A stretch of 64,000 nt of DNA, from NCBI GenBank assembly GCA_053919585.1, contig CM132795.1. One strand, written 5' to 3'. The position numbers were made by a program, and so were the translations under genes. Position 1 is the first letter of the stretch; each line of letters starts with the position of its first letter. This stretch comes from Euprymna scolopes. Lineage: Eukaryota. The notes beneath the pieces are model-generated. The model was not told where the DNA came from and did not search any database. It worked only from the letters and a program-made list of their open reading frames with translations. Below, one piece after another: positions 53,410 to 64,000 of the stretch.

Positions 53410-53902
53410 GTTATTTGGATGTTTTGGACCACTGGTCTCCTTTGGAATGCTATTCTCACAACGTTGTGGCCTTATCAAATTTGGAAATCATGCTGTCAAA
53501 CTCGGAAATTTGCACAGAATTTCGAACAAAACCCTTTATTCTATCAACTTTGATTGTATAGAAGGCCTAAGTAATTGTACAATGACTACTGTTATAGTGG
53601 ATAAAGTACTTGGTAAAATTCAATTGTAAGTTACAGTTTTTTGGAGGTTGAGTGACATTTAAAAATACATTTATGAATTACTTAGAACTTTTATCCAGTT
53701 GTGGCTGATGGAACGAGAACATGCTCTCCTGGTGGATTAAATGAAAGATTACATATAAAATTCCATGCACATTTCCTGAGTTCGACCAGATATACCTGGA
53801 GAAGCTCAGAGGTTACATAAATCGAAAGGTTGTGCGAATAACTCAAGATGAGAATAGTAATCCAGATAACCCGAATTATCAATCCTCATCTCAAAAATTC
53901 AG
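53410..53902 (+). mobile_element. Family-2 element (plus copy from ~53573) preceded by an inverted duplicate of its 3' part
   Basis: Head gttatagtggataaagtacttggtaaaattca; tail cctggagaagctc..gaaaggttgtg..caagatgagaa..cctcatctcaaaaattcaga; inverted part 53410-53540. Confidence 0.8.
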
Positions 53903-54369
53903 AGGCTGAAATTGGTCTCTGTATTGACGTTTTTTGCAATGATTTCTTAACGGTGAGAAGATGGTTAAAAAGAGAGATAACCAAAGCATAAAAATAATCT
54001 TGATTGAACAGAGGCACAAATTGTGATCAATTTAAAATGAAAACATTGTCTCAAGTGAAAATTAAATCGTTTAAATTATCTAAAAATAAAAGAAACTCAC
54101 CCCTAATTACTTATGTTGCTTAACATTTGAAGACATTTAAAGCAAGTGTAATAAAATTAACATGGATTTCAAAATTGTCTTTTTTTGTACACTTTGGCAT
54201 AGATTGGAATACAAAAAGTGATAAAATAGTGCTGTGCCCACCTTACGGATAACAATGAACTCTTTCCTTTACCCTAAAGACCAGGAGAGTCTACCTCTCG
54301 GAGTTATGCACACTTGGCATTCGTATGACCACTCTTCTTATTCATTGTATTTGATTTTCTCGCAGAAAG

Positions 54370-54910
54370 TACCCGACTGCTGATGCACTTCTCTACTTAT
54401 ATGAGTAAGATCCGTCCTAATATGGGGTACTGCTGTCACATTTGGGGGGAATCATCTCTTCTCTCATTTACAGTCCTTTCTCTTGAAATATTTTTCTTTT
54501 TCGCTATTCTATTGCTATTTTCATAGAAGAGGCTTGACTGAGCTCCAATCTCTGTTTCTTTCTTATAAGACATTCACAGCAACTACTTGTCTTAATAATG
54601 CAACTTCAAAGAAATTTTTTTTCTGCTGCGTATCAAACAGAATTTCCATAAACAGTTTCTTTCCAAGACCTTCCCATCTGTAGAACAGATTACTATGGGA
54701 CTGCTTCCTTGCAGATTACAACACAGCCATTTTCAGATCCAATGTTAACAAACACTTGTTGTAAACCGTTTTCATAATGAGTCATGTTTTAATCATTCCT
54801 TACATCGTTTTCGGTATTATCATGCTATTCGTTATCATTCAAATGACGAGCCATCTATTGTATTAAATATTGTCTTCGAGTGGCTTTAGGCCTCATTAGT
54901 TAAAAATTTG
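54370..54910 (+). mobile_element. Decayed CR1/Zenon-type LINE 3' fragment
   Basis: LYLY.SKIRPNMGYCCHIWGG...LFYCYFH...SFFPR...FRSNVNKHL. Confidence 0.75.
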
Positions 54911-55341
54911 TGCTTATGCTTAGTTTTATTCTGATATAAATATATATGAAATATGCATAAATGCATTACAGTCAGTAGCACAGAAAAAAAACTGATCTAT
55001 CCCAACACCATATATGACATTAAACCTCACCTGCTTCCACATATAAATAAAATACAGTAAATATATTTTCAAATTTACTTTCATATAACATATGAAATAA
55101 AAAATAAGCATAACTGATCTCCAAAATATTTTATTACTGTATTTTTAAAATAAGCATAATTTAAATTGAAAATACCCAACTGAAACTTTGCCTTTAAAAC
55201 GAAACTTTAAGCTAAAATTTAAAAAAAACAATTAAGAGATAAAAATAAAATATAGTTTTAGAATCTGAAGATTAAAAAGAAAAATGAAATAAAACTGCTT
55301 AATGTTTGCATGCAGGAAAACAACTTTGTAGCCAAACTTAC

Positions 55342-55458
55342 CTCGCAAATAAGATCAATATCATAAAACCCAGGCAATCCACAATCCATGAAGGATAACT
55401 GACAAAGTTTACCTTCTTTGGGTTGAAGCAAACCCTTGACCGGATTTACTGATAGAAG
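55342..55458 (-). CDS. CFAP65: CFAP65/CCDC108-like exon, 117 nt (LLSVNPVKGLLQPKEGKLCQLSFMDCGLPGFYDIDLICE)
   Basis: Acceptor tttcatttcAG, donor GTAAGT, phase 0-0. Resembles recalled CFAP65 VSVSP..GVVAP.E...FYSADLVCK, which directly precedes the peptide of exon 18359-18496. Not in the supplied ORF track. Confidence 0.85.
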
Positions 55459-56264
55459 CTGAAATGAAACGAAAGTAAAGACTTAAAATTTCTAAGAAGA
55501 TTTAAAGATAAACATGACCACTGTCCACAATGGTCATGTCAGTGAATAGACACAATTGAGAAAATCAGCTCAAACTTAACCCATATTGATTCTTTGAACT
55601 CGGTATCATTTGAATTGAGTTACAAGAAATGCCATCTTATTCAATATATTTAGTGGAAATGGAAATAAATTCAAATCTTTATATGAATTTTGTCTGATGT
55701 CCTAAATTGAGGCCAACATGTCGATTGTAATGGTAGTCCAGGTAGATTTGTAGTTTTTTCTTATGTTGAGTTCGTGTTTTCCTATCTTCTGCCCTGAATT
55801 TGCAATTTGATTATATCCAGATCAATAGCTGACTATGGTTTTCTATTTATAAAGTCATAAAACGAGGCTGTAGTTACTTCCTTTTATCATCTTTCCCACA
55901 CGTGATCATATCGTCTATATCATATGTGAGGGAAATAAAATATTACTAATTTGTATGCAGTTATTGTATATTAAAAGTCATGTTACCTGCACGACAGTCA
56001 ATGTGGTATGGAATTCTAGCTTGATTTCGAGATCACATTGAATCTTTCGATAGCTCGGATAATATCACCTATGTGAGCTATGTTTACAAGTGAAACGTAG
56101 TAGTCACTCAATTAGACTGGTCGACAATGACCGTTGATCCATGATTGATTCTTCTGCTCAGCGTCTTTTGTGTCCTATTGTTGACTAGTTCTTTACTTCT
56201 TACGCCAAGGCATGCCACTGTCATGCTGCTCCTCATAACATCACCAGAACCCAATTAGGCAGTT

Positions 56265-56780
56265 CAGGTTCAACATCAGTCTGCCCGCCATGGGTGGCCC
56301 TACCAGATTATAGGAGACTATATTCTCATTCATCTACAAGTTAGGTCTGAAATGAGTCTCTTTCATCCAACAGTATAGCCTTATGAAGCAATCCTGGACT
56401 GTTGCCACCTATAACGTCGGGTAGGTATTTGCAAAGGATATTTGCCAAGATATATTTAACACTGTTCGTAGCATCTGGGTGTACATACCGTCTAATTTTC
56501 TTTTCAATCTTTTGCTTCAACCTGGACACTCACTAAAATATTGGAAAGAAAGCTAGATGGCATGTATCCCCATATGCTATGAATAGTATTAAATATATCT
56601 TGGCAAGATCATTCTACAAAACAGCAACTTTATGGCAATTTACCTGCCATATCTACTATCATGGAGCAACGATTTGCCAGTCACCACCAGAGGAGACAGT
56701 AAGAGCTGGTGAGAAATGTATTGCTGTGGACTCCATAGCACGGGCGCACAAGCATAGGATGACCTAGATCCACATACATA
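56265..56780 (+). mobile_element. RTE-clade LINE remnant (internally deleted)
   Basis: TWTLTKILERKLDGMY.HML..VLNISWQDHSTKQQLYGNLPAIS at ~56520-56660. Confidence 0.7.
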
Positions 56781-57590
56781 CAGCAAATTGCACATGACGC
56801 AAACTGAAATCCTGAAGATGTGAGGCAGTTGTTGGAAGACAGGAAAATCTAGAGAGAAAGATAGTCACATTGTTTCGGGCAAGGAGTTCGACCAGATAAG
56901 ATGATAGGAAGTTATGTGTATCTCTGCTAGTCTTATTAATAGGGCCATGACAACAGAATATTCTTTTCATTGTTTTGACTCTCGAGTATATATCCGACAC
57001 AGACACAGTTAATCAACCGAGATCCACATCACTCTATATAAAAACATATATCAACGGATACACACTCGAAAGTAATAACGATAAAAAGAATATGCTGTTG
57101 TCCTAGCCCTACTTATTAACAATAAATTTTAGTTTATGACAACTTTAAAAAACAACAGTATTAATTGTTACTTCAGTTCAGCATAGAATAAAACGTTAAT
57201 TTATCTGCAATAAATTGTTTAAAATACGTTCTATGCATTAATTAATGTGCAAAACAGTTGAAATGTCATAAAGCAGTAAAGGAAATACTTTACAGTTGTC
57301 AACTGGCTGATAAAGCAAAAGTCACATTGAAATAACATCTATTATACCAGAACAATCGAGATTTGATAAAGACAATTTTTATTTTCTAAGACATATTTAA
57401 AAGTTATTGGAAAAATAAACATTTGTAGCTCAAATATAACTAACCTGCATTTATCATATATATATATATATATATATGATTAGTTTTTTTGGAAAAAGAA
57501 TTCCAGCAGAGTGCTCAATTAAAAGGAAAATCCAAATTTTAAGAGCGTACTTATATTTTGTGTACAGAAAGTTGTTAGTTGAGACAGGTC

Positions 57591-57663
57591 ATTGGTACCG
57601 TCGGTTTCAAGCCCGATAATAAGGCCCGTTTAAGGTATCCTTATCGAGCTCTCTTCAGCCAAT
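57591..57663 (-). ncRNA. Type I hammerhead ribozyme motif in the inverted Penelope arm
   Basis: Exact reverse complement of 60700-60772. Confidence 0.85.
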
Positions 57664-58390
57664 ATTCGTCTATCTTATAACCGGAAGTGTGAAGTATATA
57701 TACCTCGCGAATCCACGTTCAAATCTCGTTTTGTTTAACCCCCCCCCCTTTTTTTTTTTTTTTTTTATCTATCTATATCTATCTATATATATATATATAT
57801 ATATATATCGGGTAATGTAATACCTAATTTTCAACTTTGAATTATTTAAATTTAAGATCTAATTTCGAAAAAATGTTTTTTTTATATGAATCGATTTTAA
57901 TTTGAACCCCATTTAATTTTAAAATCTCTTTCCTTATGTATAAAAACTTTAAAATCTGTATTGGTATCGGTTAAAAACTTAAAAATTCGTTTAATTATAT
58001 CGAACATTTAAAAATTTTCCAAAAATACGTTTAAAGTTTTAAAAAATATATTTTTAATTATATCGAATCACGTTTAAAAATTTCGTTTAAAAATTTCGAA
58101 ATACGTTTAAAAATTATTTTTTAAAAACCCAAATCTTTCAAGGTTTGGGGAAGTGAGTATTTATCTATCCTAAGTGATTTCCCTAGTTTATTAACATTAT
58201 TATATTTTTCTATAGTTTTAAATTCGAAATAGATTATAAATTACATTTATAAAATATAATATATATATATATATGACATTAATTAAAAATCTACAATATA
58301 ATTGCGATTAAAATCCAAGTTTACCGACTAATTATTTATGTATTTACAATTTTTTTTCCTTATATATATATATATATATAAAAACCACAT

Positions 58391-58962
58391 CTAAGTGTTG
58401 TTCTTTTCATTGATCCAATTTATTAGGAGACCCTTCCTTCTATGTATGCAACTTTTCAAAGCTTCACTCCTCACATTTAAACATTTTATTTTTGGGTCAT
58501 GAATGGACCGGAGGATGTAGTATTTCTCTGCGTTACAGAGTGAGCATTGACTTAATTCCGGGACGTATGCTGGTCTATGCTCTATTTTTCTCCATTTTAT
58601 GGAAAAGGGTGTATTTTTTTCTTTAAGCTCCCACACGCGGGTAGCTAATGCTGTATTCATCCTTGTTTTAGCTCTAAAGGAGCTCATATGTGCATAATAT
58701 CTTTGTTTAAATTGGCCTTTTGTCATACCTATATATATTTCCGGTATATTTGTGGATTGTTCCGTTACTGTGGCCTCATAGACAAGGGATTCAGCTTTAC
58801 AATTACCCTCCAATGGACAGCTATTTTTGGTCCTGCAAGAGCAGCCTGCGTTATCTATCTTTTTTGGTTCTTTGGATATTATCGACTTTATTGATGGAGC
58901 TGTCGAGTAACTAACTTTCACCGTGTTTCTATTAAAAAGTTTATGTAGTCTATGTGTTCTTG
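58391..58962 (-). pseudogene. Inverted partial copy of the Penelope-like GIY-YIG endonuclease region
   Basis: Identical to the plus ORF except SKEPKK/SKELKK and CSC/CFC. Confidence 0.9.
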
Positions 58963-59983
58963 CAGACAAATTACAGACAAATTATGTAGTCTATGTGTTC
59001 TTGCAGACAAATTACAGACAAATTTAGATAGAGTAGATTTTTTAGATGCCACTCTAGATCTCGAGAAGAAAATACACAAACCCTTTCACAAACTAAATGA
59101 AAAACTCATGTATATAAATAAGGGTTCATGCCACCCACCCACAGTGTTTAAAAATATGGTAGCGAACATTAGCCAAAGGATTTCACGGCTTTCTTCGAAC
59201 GCTGAAGTGTTCGAGAAAGCAGCACCATATTATAATGACGCACTGCATCAAAGTGGGTTCAATGAAAACATAAAATTTCAACAAACCCAGAATAAAGAAA
59301 ATATAAAACGAAAGAGGAAACGGAAAATAATCTGGTTCTTACCTCCGTTTTCATTGAACACTAAAACTAGAGTAGGGCATTGTTTTCTTAGCCTTCTAGA
59401 CAAACATTTTCCAAGAACACATAGACTACATAAACTTTTTAATAGAAACACGGTGAAAGTTAGTTACTCGACAGCTCCATCAATAAAGTCGATAATATCC
59501 AAAGAACTAAAAAAGATAGATAACGCAGGCTGCTTTTGCAGGACCAAAAATAGCTGTCCATTGGAGGGTAATTGTAAAGCTGAATCCCTTGTCTATGAGG
59601 CCACAGTAACGGAACAATCCACAAATATACCGGAAATATATATAGGTATGACAAAAGGCCAATTTAAACAAAGATATTATGCACATATGAGCTCCTTTAG
59701 AGCTAAAACAAGGATGAATACAGCATTAGCTACCCGCGTGTGGGAGCTTAAAGAAAAAAATACACCCTTTTCCATAAAATGGAGAAAAATAGAGCATAGA
59801 CCAGCATACGTCCCGGAATTAAGTCAATGCTCACTCTGTAACGCAGAGAAATACTACATCCTCCGGTCCATTCATGACCCAAAAATAAAATGTTTAAATG
59901 TGAGGAGTGAAGCTTTGAAAAGTTGCATACATAGAAGGAAGGGTCTCCTAATAAATTGGATCAATGAAAAGAACAACACTTAG
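58952..59983 (+). CDS. Penelope-like element ORF remnant: RT end/thumb + Cys-rich linker + GIY-YIG endonuclease (the first ~21 codons are junction-derived)
   Basis: VDFLDATLDL; YINKGSCHPP; CxC-x5-C-x5-C (CFCRTKNSCPLEGNC); LVY..IYIGMT...FKQRYYAH; CSLC.AE; LN.RSE...C.H; uninterrupted to TAG. Confidence 0.88.
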   Translation: MCSCRQITDKLCSLCVLADKLQTNLDRVDFLDATLDLEKKIHKPFHKLNEKLMYINKGSCHPPTVFKNMVANISQRISRLSSNAEVFEKAAPYYNDALHQSGFNENIKFQQTQNKENIKRKRKRKIIWFLPPFSLNTKTRVGHCFLSLLDKHFPRTHRLHKLFNRNTVKVSYSTAPSIKSIISKELKKIDNAGCFCRTKNSCPLEGNCKAESLVYEATVTEQSTNIPEIYIGMTKGQFKQRYYAHMSSFRAKTRMNTALATRVWELKEKNTPFSIKWRKIEHRPAYVPELSQCSLCNAEKYYILRSIHDPKIKCLNVRSEALKSCIHRRKGLLINWINEKNNT

Positions 59984-60699
59984 ATGTGGTTTTTATATAT
60001 ATATATATATATATATAAGGAAAAAAAATTGTAAATACATAAATAATTAGTCGGTAAACTTGGATTTTAATCGCAATTATATTGTAGATTTTTAATTAAT
60101 GTCATATATATATATATTATATTTTATAAATGTAATTTATAATCTATTTCGAATTTAAAACTATAGAAAAATATAATAATGTTAATAAACTAGGGAAATC
60201 ACTTAGGATAGATAAATACTCACTTCCCCAAACCTTGAAAGATTTGGGTTTTTAAAAAATAATTTTTAAACGTATTTCGAAATTTTTAAACGAAATTTTT
60301 AAACGTGATTCGATATAATTAAAAAAATATTTTTTAAAACTTTAAACGTATTTTTGGAAAATTTTTAAATGTTCGATATAATTAAACGAATTTTTAAGTT
60401 TTTAACCGATACCAATACAGATTTTAAAGTTTTTATACATAAGGAAAGAGATTTTAAAATTAAATGGGGTTCAAATTAAAATCGATTCATATAAAAAAAA
60501 CATTTTTTCGAAATTAGATCTTAAATTTAAATAATTCAAAGTTGAAAATTAGGTATTACATTACCCGATATATATATATATAGATATAGATAGAAAAAAA
60601 AAAAAAAAAAAAGGGGGGGGGGGATTAAACAAAACGAGATTTGAACGTGGATTCGCGAGGTATATATACTTCACACTTCCGGTTATAAGATAGACGAAT

Positions 60700-60772
60700 A
60701 TTGGCTGAAGAGAGCTCGATAAGGATACCTTAAACGGGCCTTATTATCGGGCTTGAAACCGACGGTACCAAT
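60700..60772 (+). ncRNA. Type I hammerhead ribozyme motif in the Penelope 3' repeat
   Basis: Stem I ATTGG/CCAAT; CTGAAGA 60705-11; 11-bp stem II GAGCTCGATAA/TTATCGGGCTT; GAAA 60755-58; short stem III CC-gac-GG; GUA site, predicted cleavage after 60767. Confidence 0.88.
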
Positions 60773-60801
60773 GACCTGTCTCAACTAACAACTTTCTGTA
60801 C

Positions 60802-60840
<39 letters not shown>

Positions 60841-62999
60841 TCTGTCATTGAATGAATGTATTTCTATTCATTATTTAACTTTTCCGAAGTGGCAAAAAAT
60901 GGACACATCAACCCCGAAAGAAGTGAAATAGCCCGGAAAAACGTTTATAAAAAATATAACAAAGGACAAACAATGAGTTATGTTTCCTCGCCTGCAATTC
61001 ATTTCGGAAAATCCATAATCCAAGCTGAATTCAATCATGTGGAAATTCCGGTTTGAGGCATTTTTTTTTATAAAAGGAAACAGATTACTGATTATCTGTG
61101 TCTTCTTCTTGGACGTATCTATATTTTTTCGTTGTCTTCTGATCGTTTTTTAAGCTACAAATCAAAAAGGGGCCTCTTGGATACAATACAGAATTGGTCA
61201 TAGAAGTAGGAGACGCTTGATGATCAACAAGATGAGACTCTGATTCGGGTTTTACTTTGAATTGAAACTTGTCTATTTTTCTTCTTTAGTAATATCTACA
61301 GCATCATCTTTTTTTTTTTTGAACTGCTTTCATATACACCTTCTACAAAATCCAATGTGTTATACACGTGATATTTTAAAGTGAGTTTGGAATTAGACAG
61401 TAGAAAATGTTTTATGTATTCGTATAGGTGTTGTAGCGCTATATGTCGGTAATAATCAAGAAAAACACAGTATAGTAAACAAAAGGTGCATTAGCAACCA
61501 ACCATATGTTATAGAAATACACGTCATTATTCTAGAGGTTATAACTGTCAAAAATCGCCAGCCAATAACGCGTTAAATGTATATTTATAGTAATTAAAAA
61601 ATCAGAAAGACAAAAGAAATCACAAATAAACGAAAAAACTGTGTGTGTGTAAGGCTTTAATAGGCTGAGCTCTTACGTTCTATTAGTGTTTTTGTGAAAC
61701 ATATAACATGAAATTCAAGATAAATATTTCAGTTCAAACTCGAATTTGTTTTAATTCCATTTCCATTGTCTAATTTTGGTTGGACGCGATAAAGCTGAGA
61801 ACTGAAATGTAAGTCAGAATAAAATTATCACATTTTGTGGGATGAGAAACATTCCCAACAATTGTGGCGTTGGCATTATAAATGCATTCGAAAATAATAC
61901 CATTTCATAGTGAATAAAAGATATTTGAGTTAAAAAAAAAACAACTAAACAAATGGAGAAATAAAAAAGAAACTAATTTAATAAAACCAATGCGGATTCT
62001 TCACAAAGGAACCATGGCAACAGACAACACAAAAGAGAAATTAGGAATTGAACAAATACTAACAGTTAAGCACAAATAGATAATATATATAAATGAATTA
62101 TTATATAAATATATTTAAATTGTTACATCTAAACTTTAACATTATGGAATAAAGATTCTTGTTTTTGACAGTGTTGGTGATGAAGTGGATACTGATCTGG
62201 CATACCGTGTTCGATTCCTGTAAGATTATTAACACTAATTTAATTATGGCTGCTGATTGTGATACTATCGACGCCCCCCAAGTGTTAGGAAGGGAAAAAT
62301 GTTCTTTGATATAACAGGGGTGCATTCGAAATGAATGTTTGTGTTTAAAGCATAGTCGAACCATGGTACTTGACGTCTGCATTTCAAACTTTAATTCAAG
62401 CTATTATATAAAAATAATTTCATAAAATCAGCAGTAGGTTCTCTAGAGTGCAATGTAGACTACAATATATTGAGAACTGTCACTGCAAAGAAGTATGAAG
62501 CTTCTCTCAGAGCACAGTGGAGGTTCCCCGATTAGAGCAGGCGATCAAATGATTTGAATGAAAAAAATGGTCGATTTCATTGATTTCAATTGCAATAAAA
62601 ATGTTGAACATTCGTTGATCCTCATTCAATTCCAGGCAAAGAATCGTAGATACCAATGCCACCAAGAGTATAAAGAAAGGACAAAAGTCATGCAATGCTA
62701 ATTCATATGAATTATGTTATTGTAATATACAACTTTAATATAAAATGATATTGTGAATTTCTTAGCAATGATCACCGTTTTTTTCTATTATTAAAATTGT
62801 CAGAATTTAACTTTTTTCACCTTTCCCTTACTATGATTTCATATCTACTAATGATCAGTAAATCAAGCGATTTATTATAATACAAGTTTATTTGGCAAAC
62901 AATAGCAAAGTGCAACAAGCCATATAAAAAGATAAGCGGAAGATATTTATATCCACAGTCCGAATGCTTGTCTAAGATCGTTTTGAATCAGGATATGAT

Positions 63000-64000
63000 A
63001 ATATTCGTAACGGTCACTTCTGAAAAATTGTTTCACAGAGCAGAAACACTGTCTTCTTTCTACTGAGCAGAAAGCGATGATCATACAACATTTGAGGGTG
63101 CCTCCAGGGGCAATGAATTGGTGCTGGAGTGAAAAGAACTTCTTTAAAAGGTAGACGTTAGCGATATTGTATACACGAATCAAGTCTCCCTATGCCTACC
63201 CAAATAAGAATAGATTTACTCTTTGGAGCCGCTCATTGTAGGTAAGTGTTAAGTGTCCAGTTATTATCCTTAGTTTCTAATCTTGAACACGCTCCAGATG
63301 TAGATAAGGATTAGTTTCTTGGATGGCATACTTAAGAATAGATCGTAACAGAGTTATGTATAAGGGGCAGAGAATATCTGCTGTTAAGTTGAGAAAGCAT
63401 CCCCAGATCAAGTAGAGAATATATCTAGCCTTGTTTGCTATCTCTATACAATGGCACACTGGTTTGAAGGAGCTGATCACAACCCTGCCAAAGTATGTCA
63501 TATTAGTAAGGATATTGAGTAGTTAAGGTGAAAATCCGATAGTCAAGGAAGTAGCAGATGATGAGTTGATAAGGAAATGCAGAGTTTAGCAGTTAATCTC
63601 TACCTGAAGTCCAGGAATAAACTTTGTTTAATCTTGAAATTCGTTACGTCTAAGTAATGCGTTTCACATCGTCTGCAAAGAATAGTACTTTTACAGTCAA
63701 TTTATCTAGGAGATTATTAACATGCAAGAGCAATTATAACAAACCAATTATAAAATCGGAGGCGACAGTGGTGAAGTGTATGTCAGCATACAAATCGATG
63801 AAGTAGGCATAACATGTTCGAGTTTGTTTCTACAGCAACATTTTTACTGTGAATGTTGGACAGCTTTACTTGCCCAGTCCCATGAGTACATGTGTCTAGA
63901 GAAGTAAATCCAGAGCGTGAATGTCAGTGAAACCGAATCAACCCGGTCAAAAAGTCACATTTTTGCTTACCATCTAAAGTCCCCAGCTACCACAGATTTC
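63000..64000 (-). mobile_element. Decayed CR1-group LINE
   Basis: Minus-strand VVAGDF (endonuclease), FADDVK (RT), HC.EIANKAR...LYITLLRSILKYA...LERVQ and YNERLQ...GDLIRVY. Confidence 0.8.

Larger units (their letters stand above)
57558..60805 (+). mobile_element. Penelope-like retroelement (probably Naiad clade), 5'-truncated, with a 1.4-kb inverted duplication of its 3' part
   Basis: Arms 57558-58962 and 59412-60805 are near-identical reverse complements; the ORF encodes the RT C-terminus plus a GIY-YIG endonuclease; an HHR lies near each outer end. Confidence 0.93.

Noticed and set aside
58952-59983. Selenocysteine recoding, reported for some Naiad elements
   Set aside because: The surviving ORF has no in-frame TGA, its conserved cysteines are ordinary Cys codons, and it ends in TAG
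977-63501. Most short ORFs in the six-frame track
   Set aside because: Low-complexity, microsatellite-containing, or antisense to TE remnants; no recognisable domains or splice context

Overview
AT-rich, (TA)n-studded eukaryotic (invertebrate animal) genomic DNA; the repeat style suggests a mollusc such as an octopod, but this is a weak inference. The window lies inside one large minus-strand gene. Four GT-AG exons with compatible phases (55342-55458, 18359-18496, 11159-11451 and a 28-nt micro-exon at 9070-9097) encode a segment resembling the C-terminal part of CFAP65/CCDC108. The introns, one about 36.8 kb, are filled with transposable elements: three mariners, a decayed Gypsy pol, a hAT 3' end, CR1/Zenon-, RTE- and R4/Dong-type LINE remnants, Helitron-like non-autonomous repeats, foldback MITEs and two 5S rRNA-derived copies. 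The most notable content is a set of hammerhead-ribozyme (HHR) elements. (i) A young Penelope-like retroelement (probably Naiad clade) has 1.4-kb inverted arms, each ending in a canonical type I HHR. (ii) A ~140-bp SINE joins a tRNA-Asp-like Pol III head directly to a type I HHR and a (TA)n tail; there are 3 copies, 2 with intact cores and a compensatory base-pair change. (iii) An older, 7-locus tRNA-headed family has a decayed minimal-HHR tail and repeatedly shows the Penelope-type inverted 3'-duplication insertion signature. All family assignments are from motif recognition by eye; no database search or folding program was run.
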